The position numbers were made by a program, and so were the translations under genes. DNA of 64,000 bases, from the NCBI GenBank assembly GCA_002269645.1, contig NIVC01001153.1, positions 76,912-140,911 of the forward strand. Reading direction: 5' to 3'. Shown here one piece after another: positions 36,501-47,079 of this stretch. This DNA comes from Macrostomum lignano. Its lineage: Eukaryota. The notes under the pieces are model-generated. The model saw only the letters and a program-made list of their open reading frames with translations, did not search any database and was not told where the DNA came from. Positions within the stretch are counted from its first letter, which is position 1; every line of letters begins with the position of its first letter.

Positions 36501-38394
36501 CAAGTTGGAGCGAATCTGTCAGTTCGCTTGGCGACCGAGGCCGCCAACTCTGCTGTCTGATGAGCAGATTAAGGTAATTAATTAGCAAGGCGATCTGTCA
36601 TTCTGCTGAACCTGGGAATTGTCCTGCACACCCGTTGAAAGCAATACCGTGACACAGTCGCTAAAAGTCCTTGACAACAACTCACTAGTCTACGGCTCCA
36701 GTCACTTGCGCCGCCCCAGAGTCGTTTTAGAGTCGCAGACAAGAAAAAACGCTTCAAAGTGACTCTTCTTGGCTTGGGTACCATTTTCAACGGAACGATC
36801 CATCCCCTTGTGTTTTTTAAAAATTGTACTTTTAAAATGATGCATCCAGTTCTGCTTCTGTTTAAAAAAAAAGCTGAAGACAACATTATACCAAATCTAT
36901 TCTGATTGAAGATGTTAAAACATTACATTTAAAAATCGGCTTTCAAAGCTAAAATTTAATTCTTCATTTGTAAATATTTCAAACAACCAATTCTCAGAAC
37001 ATCAAGAAGAACATGAAGACCTACAGTCGCCGGTTCGAGAAAGAGGATCTGCAGTCCTCCACTCGCGCCAGCAAAGAGCTGCTCGAGAAACGCGCCCGAC
37101 TCAAGACCGAGTACGAGAAATGGCGCGCCAAGTTGCTCGAGAAGTTCCGCGGCGAGAAGCAGAAACGCTTGGAGCTGAGAGGTAAGTTAAGGTCTTAAGG
37201 AGGGGCAGCAGGATCTAAAGGGAGGGGCAGCAGGCACTGAAGGATCTGAGGGGAGGGGCAGCAGCCACTGAAGGATCTGAGGGGAGGGGCAGCAGGCACT
37301 GAAGGATCTGAGGGGAGGGGCAGCAGCCACTGAAGGATCTGAGGGGAGGGGCAGCAGTTACTGAAGGATCTGAGGGGAGGGGCAGCAGGCACTGAAGGAT
37401 CTGAGGGGAGGGGCAGCAGCATGAAGGCACTGAAGGATCTGAGGGCAGGGGCAGCAGCCACTGAAGGATCTGAGGGGAGGGGCAGCAGTTACTGAAGGAT
37501 CTGAGGGGAGGGGCAGCAGTTACTGAAGGATCTGAGGGGAGGGGCAGCAGGCACTGAAGGATCTGAGGGGAGGGGCAGCAGCATGAAGGCACTGAAGGAT
37601 CTGAGGGCAGGGGCAGCAGCCACTGAAGGATCTGAGGGGAGGGGCAGCAGGCACTGAAGGATCTGAGGGGAGGGGCAGCAGCCACTGAAGGATCTGAGGG
37701 GAGGGGCAGCAGTTACTGAAGGATCTGAGGGGAGGGGCAGCAGGCACTGAAGGATCTGAGGGGAGGGGCAGCAGCATGAAGGCACTGAAGGATCTGAGGG
37801 CAGGGGCAGCAGCCACTGAAGGATCTGAGGGGAGGGGCAGCAGGCACTGAAGGAGCTGGGGGGAGGGGCAGCAGGCACTGAAGGATCTGAGGGGAGGGGC
37901 AGCAGCCACTGAAGGATCTGAGGGGAGGGGCAGCAGTTACTGAAGGATCTGAGGGGAGGGGCAGCAGGCACTGAAGGATCTGAGGGGAGGGGCAGCAGCA
38001 TGAAGGCACTGAAGGATCTGAGGGGAGGGGCAGCAGCATGAAGGCACTGAGGGATCTGAGGGGAGGGGCAGCAGCATGAAGGCACTGAAGGATCTGAGGG
38101 GAGGGGCAGCAGGCACTGAAGGATCTGAGGGGAGGGGCAGCAGGCACTGAAGGATCTGAGGGGAGGGGCAGCAGGCACTGAAGGATCTGAGGGGAGGGGC
38201 AGCAGGCACTGAAGGATTTTGAAGGCCTACAAAGAGCCGCCAATGCCGCACTGACCCCTGAACCACCTGACACCACAGGCGTGGACACGGACGAGCTGGA
38301 CAGCAACGCGCAGGATTTCGTAGAGGAGACGCTGGAATTCCCCATCAAGGTGGAACGCATTCGCATTGACAAGCTGCCCCAGGTTGCTGAGTAG
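24593..38394 (+). CDS. EIF3B: Eukaryotic translation initiation factor 3 subunit B
   Basis: Exons 24593-24674, 32470-33139, 35205-35613, 35956-36573, 36998-37181, 38279-38394, all GT-AG with consistent phase. FTDPDDFVDDI/ELLGDIL, RRM, WSPLGTYLAT..GIALWGG, FSPCERYLVTFS, WDPTGRY, WRPRPP and GVDTDELDSN motifs are diagnostic. Confidence 0.96.
25600..26991 (-). mobile_element. 5'-truncated Penelope-like retroelement remnant (thumb/HTH plus GIY-YIG endonuclease, frameshifted) in eIF3b intron 1
   Basis: WKSGLVRCLLHRA..SSSW..FHQEV..NGYP, then GVVYQFRC..SYIRKTKRHLHTRAREH..SAINDH..LKIIEASYIRMHKPNLNVQ; the ORF ends ELRVL* once the nested MITE is removed. Confidence 0.85.
25880..26266. mobile_element. 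Non-autonomous hAT MITE nested in the Penelope remnant
   Basis: TIR TAGAGGTYGGACGGGAT at both ends; perfect 8-bp TSD ACTCTTAG (25872-25879, 26267-26274); CGGGAT subterminal repeats. Confidence 0.9.
28506..28771 (-). mobile_element. hAT-type MITE carrying a 28S rRNA fragment, copy 1
   Basis: 14-bp TIR CATACATGCGCAAC; perfect 8-bp TSD AATGTCAC (28498-28505, 28772-28779). Confidence 0.9.
28611..28675 (-). other. Captured 28S rRNA fragment (H69-H71 region); not a functional rRNA gene
   Basis: GGGTAAACGGCAGGAGTAACTATGACTGTCTTATAAGGTATAAATGCCTCGTCATCTAATTAGTG versus the recalled eukaryotic LSU consensus GGGTAAACGGCGGGAGTAACTATGACTCTCTTAAGGTAGCCAAATGCCTCGTCATCTAATTAGTG. Confidence 0.9.
28800..29150. 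repeat. Degenerate tandem repeat (GATTGCTAGGATCTGGCACTAGTGGCT-like, ~60 bp)
   Basis: Five to six decayed copies. Confidence 0.65.
29865..30260. mobile_element. Degraded inverted-repeat element (MITE-like)
   Basis: GGAATTGGGGGTTCCCAAATCATTGCTTTC (~29900-29930) is the near reverse complement of GAAAGCAGTGATTTGGGAACCCCTATTCC (~30189-30217); arms extend ~65 bp; no TSD recognised. Confidence 0.55.
31365..31628 (-). mobile_element. Decayed LTR-retrotransposon gag-like remnant
   Basis: IEVWLKHLDHYLT..AKVATL resembles Gypsy gag N-termini; preceded by TTATTACA-ATGGCAATGAG, resembling an LTR end plus decayed PBS. Confidence 0.35.
33190..35150. repeat. Intronic minisatellite, 37/33-bp unit CTCACCTTTAACTGTCCTTGAGTCCCTGTCACAAACC (eIF3b intron 2)
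   Basis: About 50 copies; degenerate at the left edge, homogeneous inside. Confidence 0.97.
35660..35860. repeat. Short intronic tandem repeat AAATCGCCCTTAAATGTCCCCTATCTGCT (~30 bp)
   Basis: About 7 degenerate copies. Confidence 0.8.
37196..38222 (+). repeat. G-rich 31-bp minisatellite, locus 3 (eIF3b intron 5)
   Basis: Same unit with GCATGAAG/GTTACTG variants. Confidence 0.97.
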
Positions 38395-39625
38395 TCCGCC
38401 AGGCCAGACCAATTGACTCCTTTGTCTGCTGTCGTTGTGTGCGTGCCCAGTGCCGTGTCTGATACAATAGTATCGCCGTCTCCGCCTATTTTTAGCCCAG
38501 TCTGAGTCCGTATCTTTAGATAAATTTTGGTCACCACAGGCCGTTGCAATGTCGGCGCTGCACTTGTGCGGTGCCTCTTGCCGCCTGTTGACCCAATCGG
38601 CATTGTGCTGCCACTTCTCCCAGCTGCAGCCTGTGCCATTCTGCGATTATAATTTGTTAGTTCAAAGTTCCCTGTTATCTCCTGTCCGTGTTCCATCTTT
38701 GTCTTAACTTCCTCGAACCGTTTTGTGTGACTCCAGAGATTTCTATCGACATTGTGCTTCTTGTTGTTTGCTGTTGCGTTTTTCTGTCGCTAGCCGAAAA
38801 TTTGCTAAATTATTTTTTGCCAGCTTTTCAAACACTCGGTTGTGGGTTTATTTCTTGTGTCAAGTTATTGGGTTATGACTGATGAATGTTTATCTATGAT
38901 GATGAGGGTCTGTGCTCTGTGTGACTTGCTTGATGCTTCTTCCATATTTAAAATTCTGTTCCTGTTAATTTCATTCGTTTGTTTGTTTATTAACTCCTTT
39001 TCTGTGCCTCCCGAATGTCTCCGCCCCTTGATAGCCTCTATATACATATATTATACTGTTGCTGGATCTAATATTTAATAATTAATCATATTGATAAATT
39101 GTGTACTAGCAGGCCCAGAATTTATTATTGTGTTAATTCATGCTTAACTGTTTAGCGCTCTGTTTGTGTCCACTTGACAGCAAGTCAATTATAATTTATG
39201 GTGTCTGCTAATGCTGACCGATGCGCACGCTATTGGGAATTTGTGCTGGATAAAACATCTTGCGCGCGTTCTGGCTTTGTTCTAATTTTATTTCCTGTCA
39301 ATCATTGCACAGTCATTAGAGCCGAAAGTGCCCAGCAAATCTAATTGTTTTTATTTGCAACAGAAAGCACTTTCGGTGTCATACCTGTGCTACAGCAGTT
39401 GTCATTTTGCCATCTGAAACAGATTGAAGTGCGTCTAAATCGATCGATATTTTACAGTGCTGCAGCGCATCTTATTTTGTGCAGCATTGTTATCTTTTTT
39501 TAATCAAGCGAAATCGGCGAGTTTAAAAAATTCGCATACGCACTTCTTCTTTCAATTGGCACACATACATAAATAAGACATAATTTATATTTTTGAAAAT
39601 TGACATTTCTACATAATCATCGCAC

Positions 39626-39660
39626 TACGAGGGGTGTCCCAGAAGTAGTGCCACTTTTGC
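39626..39660 (+). mobile_element. Solitary mariner-type terminal repeat
   Basis: TA-CGAGGGGTGTCCCAGAAGTAGTG resembles the left end of the element at 49354; no partner end found. Confidence 0.45.
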
Positions 39661-39773
39661 TTGCTTCCACAAGTATTAATGTATGTTTAAAAAATCATAT
39701 GCCTTAAAAGTTAGCGGCTTATTTTTGCTTTCATGCCACGAAAGTCCGGTTTTTATAAGTGCTTCCTGCTATG

Positions 39774-41090
39774 TAGGGGTGTTCGGGATGGCATTTTTTC
39801 GGGGTTCGGGGTTAACCCCGATCCCGAACATCTTTCGGGAATCCCGAACCCCGTCCCGAACATTTATCGGGAACCCCGAACCTTTCAGTTCAACTTAAGG
39901 TTGATGTGAAATTAATTTTAGGCAGGTTGCATTTCTTTTGATGTGTGAAACATCATGTGCCTCTTTCTCTGCAGAAATGGAAGCTATCTTATCAATCAAG
40001 AATCAATCTCTCTTTATCTTAATCTCGTTTACTTAGTCTTTGGTGGCATTGCCATTGAAGCACGTTGACGCTAGTAAACACTAAAATAATCTGAATTCTC
40101 ATGTCATCTAATCTGAATGATCAGACTACCAAGTGATGATAGAATAGAACGCGAGTCACTTTACAGTCTCTGGCTCAACGAATATGGCATACAGCTAATC
40201 GAACTTGTCTCGCAAGAACATTAACTTGCTGAGCGATGAGCTGGAAAGGATGCAGCGTTCCTTATGCTTTAGAAAACCGGCAGCACTGAAGGCGCACTCT
40301 GATGGGACAGATGATGCTGGGGCAGTGAGGTGAAGCTTAGCGAGCTCTGCCAGCTCTGGAAGATTAGCGGAGTTCTGCTTCCAGAATTCGCTGACTGCTA
40401 CCTGAAAATTCTGCTGCGCCAGACTCCTGTACAGAGAAAGCTGATCAGCTGCTCTGCGCCTCGCTTCCTTCTTCCTCGCGTCTCCTCTGGCGCCAGAGTT
40501 CGATGCAGTCGCATTGCACTCCTGAGTGGTAATTCCAGATAATCTGCAGAACTGCAAAAACTTGCATCCAGAGCTCTCTTCAGTACCTGTAGTGCACTGC
40601 TATTTCGGGTCTCTCCTTCGCTCTCTCACTTTTTAGCCTTCCCCCGTGCCTCGGCATTGCGTGTACGCCCTTGCACTGTTACGCAACAGTGGCACGTTGT
40701 GCTCACTAGCTCGCATGTACTCAAACTAGTATATATATGCTTAAATATACGGCCATGAGAGCCCAACTTCTGCACTCACACAAGCGCACTACAATACCCG
40801 AAATGACATTATCGTGCATCTCCTCGGTAGCGGCCATTGTATTTGCGCTGCTGGCAGCAGCAGCGGCATCTTGCCCAGAAAGCTGCTCAAGGCTCCAGAT
40901 GACCTCACGTTAAAAACGAAGAAAAGCTAATTCTAATTCATAAGGATTTTTCGTAGTTCTATGGTGAATTCAGAAAATTTGCGAAACCCCGAAATCCCGG
41001 TCCAAAATCCCGTCCCGAACCCCGATCCCGAACATTCATCGGGACCCCGAATCCCGCCCCCGAACCCCGACCTAACCCCGAACACCCCTA
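39774..41090 (-). mobile_element. Internally deleted hAT DNA transposon (1.3 kb)
   Basis: 14-bp TIR TAGGGGTGTTCGGG; 8-bp TSD CTGCTATG/CTGCTGTG (1 mismatch); CCCGAA/TTCGGG subterminal arrays. Confidence 0.9.
40195..40557 (-). pseudogene. hAT transposase C-terminal dimerisation domain remnant
   Basis: FWKQNSANLPELAELAKLHLTAPASSVPSECAFSAAG..R..LS..L..LMFLR motif. Confidence 0.88.
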
Positions 41091-41116
41091 CTGCTGTGAG
41101 CAGCATGCATTACCCT

Positions 41117-41850
41117 TGGCCGTAGAAATGCACACCGCATAGTGCTTCTATGCTCACTCAGAAGAAAGCCCTCCTGAAATTTCGGATCCCAACTACCCGT
41201 TAGCAAGCTGCGCTTATCAAAGGAGATTTCGGCTTCCAGTAAACCATCAAAATCAGACTTGATGAGGAAGGCTATTAGAGACTCCACAGTCCACTGATCC
41301 TGACTAACGGGTGTGGAGTATTCGAAAATCTGTCCTAGCAGCGTCTTTACAGTTCGAGCCTTTAAGCTATCAGACCAATCCAAGATAAGCATGCATAGCC
41401 AGTCTACGCAGGAATTGAACAGTTCAATGGTCTTCTATTAGGCCGTCTCCAGCAAAGAGTTCGTACAAGTTCCTAGCGATGGAGTCAGACGTCAAAGTAT
41501 CCGTGCTGACCTTCATCAGTTCAAACGGATCGCGGTCGAGCTGCAGCGGATCTCTCGGCACACTACCTAACGCGTCGAAGCCCACCTGTTGGTTGAAATT
41601 TCCGCAGGAGAATTCGTATAGAAATCCTGACAAGGATTGGCACTTCTGTTCATCCAGCCGAGCATGCGGGTGACCTCGGACAGGCTCACCGCGGTCAGCG
41701 TGGTGCTGTTGAACTTCACAGTAGGAGCGATGCAAACTCCTCCGCATTGCACCTCCGCTACTAGACGCAGCAGGGCTGCGGCTAGCAGCACAAAACTATA
41801 AGACGTCACCAAGCTATTCAAGATTTCCCCAGAGCTAAGCGAAATCAACC
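41117..41850 (-). pseudogene. Neprilysin/M13 peptidase N-terminal fragment with two frameshifts
   Basis: Hydrophobic anchor, then MNRSANPCQDFY|EFSCGNF (frame break at ~41617) and KTIELFNSCVD (frame break at ~41433); probable donor AG|GTAATG at ~41116; no catalytic HExxH exon found. Confidence 0.65.
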
Positions 41851-42214
41851 CGACAGTTCTCAAGAGAGAGAGGGTGATAAAATTTATAGCCAAATTTTGT
41901 TAAAATTATTTCTAGCTACAGTGTCTTAATCCAATTTTGGTAAACAGAAAATTGCTACATTTTTGTTGGCGCGAAACTCTTATTGAAAAAAAGAAACCAC
42001 GAGCCTGAAAACAAACAAAAAACAACAATTAATTACATCGTTAATTCCAGTCTTTCGCTTTGTTTAAGCAGACACTACCAAAATCAAGCGGTATATTTAC
42101 ACTTAGCAATGGCTATCATAGAAATTAATAATTTGTACAGATTTCGTCGAAAACCACTAAGTAAGTTCCAGGATCATAAAGCGAGGCTAGGGAATTGGGG
42201 ATAATAAAGTGAAA

Positions 42215-43065
42215 CTCGAGATCAGGAAGTGACACTCGGGAACTGGGGATCAGGAAGTGAAACTCGGGAACTGAAAGTAGGGATCAGGAAGTGACACTCG
42301 GGAACTGAAAGTAGGGATCAGGAAGTGACACTCGGGCACTGGAAGTAGGGATCAGGAAGTGACGTTAGGGAACTGAAAGTAGGGATCAGGAAGTGACACT
42401 CGGGAACTGAAAGTAGGGATCAGGAAGTGACACTCGGGCACTGGAAGTAGGGATCAGGAAGTGACGTTAGGGAACTGAAAGTAGGGATCAGGAAGTGAAA
42501 CTCGGAAACTGAAAGTAGGGATCAGGAAGTGAAACTCGGAAACTGAAAGTAGGGATCAGGAAGTGAAACTCGGAAACTGAAAGTAGGGATCAGGAAGTGA
42601 AACTCGGAAACTGAAAGTAGGGATCAGGAAGTGAAACTCGGAAACTGAAATTAGGGATCAGGAAGTAACACTCGGGAACTGAAATTAGGGATCAGGAAGT
42701 AACACTCGGGAACTGAAATTAGGGATAAGGAAGTAACACTCGGGAACTGGGGATCAGGAAGTAACACTCGGGAACTGGGGATCAGGAAGTAACACCCGGG
42801 AACTGGGGATCAGGAAGTAACACTCGGGAACTGAAATTAGGGATCAGGAAGTAACACTCGGGAACTGGGGATCAGGAAGTAATGCTCGGGAACTGGGGAT
42901 CAGGAAGTGATGCTCGGGAACTGGGGATCAGGAAGTAACACCCGGGAACTGGGGATCAGGAAGTGACGCTCGGGAACTGGGGATCAGGAAGTAACACCCG
43001 GGAACTGGGGATCAGGAAGTGACGCTCGGGAACTGGGGATCAGGAAGTGACGCTCGGGAACTGGG
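42215..43065. repeat. Intergenic minisatellite, 34/28-bp unit GGGATCAGGAAGTGAAACTCGGAAACTGAAAGTA
   Basis: Visible periodicity; each unit contains CAGGAAGT. Confidence 0.95.
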
Positions 43066-43206
43066 ATTAAAATAAAAAACTGAAAAAAACTCACTTCTTG
43101 TTTCTGCAACGCAGAATTTTTCTCAACTTTTACCTTTAAAAGATGAATAACAATAGGCGACTCCCCGTTCGGGTTCATAAAAGATAAAAATTCCAGTTAT
43201 GCCATT

Positions 43207-43725
43207 TTATCCGTGACTAGCCAGTACATGAAAAAAATGAAACACTTCGTCGGAATCTTGCACGGCAACCACTGTGCCGCATACCGAACACCGCACAGGG
43301 TGGTAAACTTCTTCGTGATTAGTTGTTCCACTATTCCTACCGCCGCCTCCATCGCCCAGAGAGGTAGCATCGGTGGCATTTAAAGTTTCATTCGTATTGA
43401 CGCAACAATTGGTAACGAACATGGCTCTGTACTGATTCTTGTAGCGAACGTGGCGTTGACAATCGAGACAGACCAACGACATGCAGGCTGGGCAGTTGAG
43501 CACCGCGTCTGTGGACCGGCCAGCGCCCGACAAGGCGGTACCGCGCAGCCGATCAACCCACTGCTGGTCAGCTGCGTCAGCATCTGGATCGTAGTGCGGA
43601 GCTGGCGGCGTCTCCGCTGTGCCATCAGCGCCTTTACTGATGGCAGCTGCACCGCCTACGGCAAGCTCAGTCTCCTCGTCTACATCTTCATCAAAGTCCT
43701 CATCCTCTGGAATCTCTTCGCGATC
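43207..43725 (-). CDS. EAPP: E2F-associated phosphoprotein homolog, main exon (start exon uncertain, possibly 43851-43837)
   Basis: [79 protein letters not shown]; acceptor TTTCAG|GAT at 43725. Confidence 0.9.
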   Translation of the reverse strand, partial: DREEIPEDEDFDEDVDEETELAVGGAAAISKGADGTAETPPAPHYDPDADAADQQWVDRLRGTALSGAGRSTDAVLNCPACMSLVCLDCQRHVRYKNQYRAMFVTNCCVNTNETLNATDATSLGDGGGGRNSGTTNHEEVYHPVRCSVCGTVVAVQDSDEVFHFFHVLASHG

Positions 43726-43901
43726 CTGAAATTTTTGTTGCCTTGCATTTGTTTCTTAACAGTTGTAAGAGCTGATAGCTTATGACGTTCTCGAGACTGC
43801 GTCAAGGACTACTTAAGTAGAAGAATGGGAACCTACGCTTCTTAAAAACATTTTAGGAGACAGGTTTTACCGAAAAATTCATTATGGTTAGTTAGCTGGC
43901 A

Positions 43902-44304
43902 GGGTCGCCATCATAAACCCGAAATATCATAAATCCGAAATGTCACAAACCCGAAATATCACAACTCCGAAAACCAAAATAGCATTGCCCATCACAAACC
44001 CGACATATCACAACTCCGAAAGCGTTAGCAACGCACAACATAAACCTGAAATATCACAAACCCGAAATATCATAACCAAAATAGTGTTGGACATTGCTAG
44101 AACTTTGAAGTTATGATATTTCGGGTTTATGATGGGCAATGCTATTTTTTCGTAGTTATGATATTTCAGGTTTATGATGTGTGTTGCTATCAATTTCGGA
44201 GTTATGATATTTCGGGTCTTTGCTATTACGGGTTTATGATATTTCGTGGTTTATGATGGAAAGCTCTTTTCGGAGTTGTGATTTTTCGGGGTTGTGATGC
44301 CCCC
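43902..44304. mobile_element. Foldback-type non-autonomous DNA transposon
   Basis: Arms of tandem CATAAACCCGAAATAT units in inverted orientation; GGG...CCC termini; perfect 8-bp TSD AGCTGGCA (43894-43901, 44305-44312). Confidence 0.8.
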
Positions 44305-44324
44305 AGCTGGCACACTCCAAGCGA

Positions 44325-44586
44325 CATTGTCACACAACCGGCGAGAGGCATTACTGCCCATTCCGCCGACTCCCCTGAGCAGGCACACAAGCGCGCGGAT
44401 ACGTACGCAGTCATACGCACAGGCACACACTCACACAGGAGTGTACATCGACCCAAACTTTATATTATCGTTAGGCATGTACACTTCACTGCGCCTTGGG
44501 GGTTGGCCCTCAAGGGCGTTAATTGACGAGCAGACTCGAAATTAATGTGACTGCACTTGGAATCGAGCCCGCGGGCCGCTGACACA
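44325..44586 (-). mobile_element. tRNA-derived SINE, 5'-truncated copy
   Basis: Near-identical reverse complement of 45545-45802. Confidence 0.8.
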
Positions 44587-45280
44587 TCAATCAATCAATC
44601 AATCAATCAATACAGCTATATAAGAAGAGGCAAGACATGTCAAAAAGATGAACTTTTGTGCTGAAGAAATGAAAACCTCCAATCTCTGCAATGTATTTTG
44701 TTCGGTAAAACCTAGAAGCCACATCAAACTTTAGAAACCCACTTTAAATGTTCAACTAGCAAAGGGGGGGGGGGTGAGCATGAGCTCAGCGTATTCCGAG
44801 GTTAGCAGGTTTCGACTGTTTTTCGGTTTAGTTAAACGTACTCTGACTTAAACTGTCCATTGGGCTGTTTTTTCTCTCATTCTTTTCATTTTTATATCGT
44901 GTTTAGACAAAATCACTTACACGGGGTGTACTGTACAGTGAACCTGACTTAGAATACGTGAATCGAATGGAAAAAAAAAACTGTTTTATAAAGTCATTCA
45001 GCTGTTTTTCAGAAAAATGATTAATTTTGTATACCATCATGATGTTTTTATGGTATATTAAATCGCATAAATAAATTAGTTGGTTATTATTTATGAAACA
45101 ATGCAAGAAAAAATTATCAGGAGTCAGGACAGATTCGGCACAAACAGAAATTTAAGTAGGAAAACAATATTGAAGTTAATATCTATTAAAAAGGCACAGC
45201 AGTCTAAAAGATTGTAGAGCAAAACAACTTATAAAAACCGTTCAAAGAGTTCTGTGTAAATAAAGTAGACAACAAGCTGG

Positions 45281-47079
45281 TCAGTAGCGTTTGCCGAGCT
45301 GCAGCGGATACGGCGGCAGATTGGCACCAGACGGAAACTTCAGCTGTGGCGGATTCTGAGGCGGACAAAACCCGAACGCCTGCAGGCAAATGATGGATTT
45401 TTACAAATATAATGTAATGAAAGTTATGAAAGTCAGGGTCGATGTACACCCTGAGCTCTTGCCTGCCTACGTATTCGTGTACGTGTCATGGAATAGGCAT
45501 GACTGACTAGGGGGAGGGCGTAGCCCAGTGGTCCAGCGCGGGGCTCTGATGTGCCAGCGGCTCCCAGGCTCGATTTCAAGTGCAATCTAATTAATTTAGG
45601 GCTCGTGCAATTAACGGCCTTGAAGGCCAACCCCCCAAAGCACAGTGAAGTGTACATGCCTAACGATAATATAAAGTTAGGGCCGGTGTACACTCCTGTG
45701 TGAGTGTGTGCCTGTGCGTATGACTGCGTACGTATCCGCGCGCTTGTGTGCCTGCTCAGGGGAGTCGGCGGAATGGGCAGTAATGCCTCTCGCCGGTTTG
45801 TGTAACTCTTAAAATCAGCACTCACTCTGGATCCTTGACAATATTCGTAATCGTACAGCGGTGTCTGTTGCGGCGGAGGTTGAGGCGGAACGAACGCCGA
45901 GCGCATTCCACCATACGGAACAGACTGGTGCTGGTTGGCATAATTGTAGTTAAAAGAAGAGGGCGACTGTGGCTGCTGGACCTGCAGCGGCGCCGGCTGC
46001 CACTGATCGCCAATGTCGCCAGTGTAATACGAAGGATGGTGCTGAACTTGGCTAAGAAATTCTTCCGGCATCACAGGACGACTACAATGACTTGGATCAT
46101 GATAGGCATCCAGATGCTGTGGTGGATTATAATAATAATTTGAATCGTGGCCAATTTGATGCCTTAGATGGTGAAAGTCTTCATTTGACGGAGCAGCAAT
46201 ACTGTTAACCATGGCCTCAACAGAGCTTAGGGACGACGACTCGACCGCAGCAGTAGCAGCGGGGTTGTCGGCAACAGCCGCGGTCAAATTTCTACAGTCA
46301 ACCAGAGGCGGAGGCGGCGGCAGCACCTGAACATTTGGTGCAGTTGGTGGCGACCACGCGGACGCCGTTTCCATAGCAGCGGCGGCACGAATTTTGCGCC
46401 AATTGGCACTTTTAGCTGGCAGATCTTTGAAAAGTACTTTTTTAGATTGTTTATAGAATTTTTTCGGTCTGCTTCTGGCACTAGAAGAGGACTGTATCTG
46501 CTCTCGTGGAACAAATGTGTAAATATCAGCCAGTGGTATATCTTTATCCAGCAGGCCGGCATCTTTGAGGGCTTGCAGCACTTTGTTAACCAGATGCTCA
46601 TCCGGCGGAATCCAGCGCAGCTGTACCTTACCATAGGCGCCGCTTTTCCAATCCATGTACTGCGACTTGTGATTGACGAAGCAATGCTTCGACAGGCCCT
46701 GTATGCTAGTTTTGTGCACTAGACAGAACGGACAATTGACAGACTGCTTCGCTGAGTTGGTGTTGAACTGGTAGCGACCGAAGCAGTTAATAAAGAATGG
46801 CGAAGCACTAGCCAACATGTCGGCTGGTAGACTTTCAATGTTAAACGCGCTGCTGGATGAGCTGCTACTGGCATCCATAACGCTGGCTATAGCGGCAGAG
46901 TATCTGCAGCGCCCTTTCACGCTTAGCTGGTGCCTTTCAAGATTGCGAGACGATACAAATGATTTGCCGCACTTGTTACAAAAGTGGCTCTTCTTGCGAG
47001 GCTTTGGTGATAGTATCGTTACTTGTTGATGTAGCTGTTCTTGCAGCTTCTCAGTTGGCTCCATTATTAGTTCTGTCAT
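45281..47079 (-). CDS. Orphan C2H2-type zinc-finger protein (~450 aa) with P/Q-rich C-terminus
   Basis: Exon 47079-45826 (donor GTGAGT, phase 0) plus exon 45379-45281 (AFGFCPPQNPP..GKRY*). Fingers CNKCGKSFVSSRNLERH and CPFC..LSKHCFVNH; basic KPRKK. Confidence 0.75.
45510..45802 (+). mobile_element. tRNA-derived SINE with intact head, in the zinc-finger gene intron
   Basis: A-box-like TAGCCCAGTGG (45520-45530), B-box-like GGCTCGATTTC (45567-45577); body shared with 44325-44586. Confidence 0.75.

Noticed and set aside
37713-38696. 327-aa minus-strand ORF
   Set aside because: Antisense to the eIF3b last exon and UTR, then runs into repeat; no recognisable motif
45510-45580. tRNA genes (also 58068-58140)
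   Set aside because: A/B boxes are present but I could not fold a cloverleaf, and the sequence continues into repeated SINE bodies
45433-45825. C-terminal 130 aa of the 548-aa ORF
   Set aside because: Read-through into an intronic SINE; a strong GTGAGT donor at 45825 gives an in-phase terminal exon
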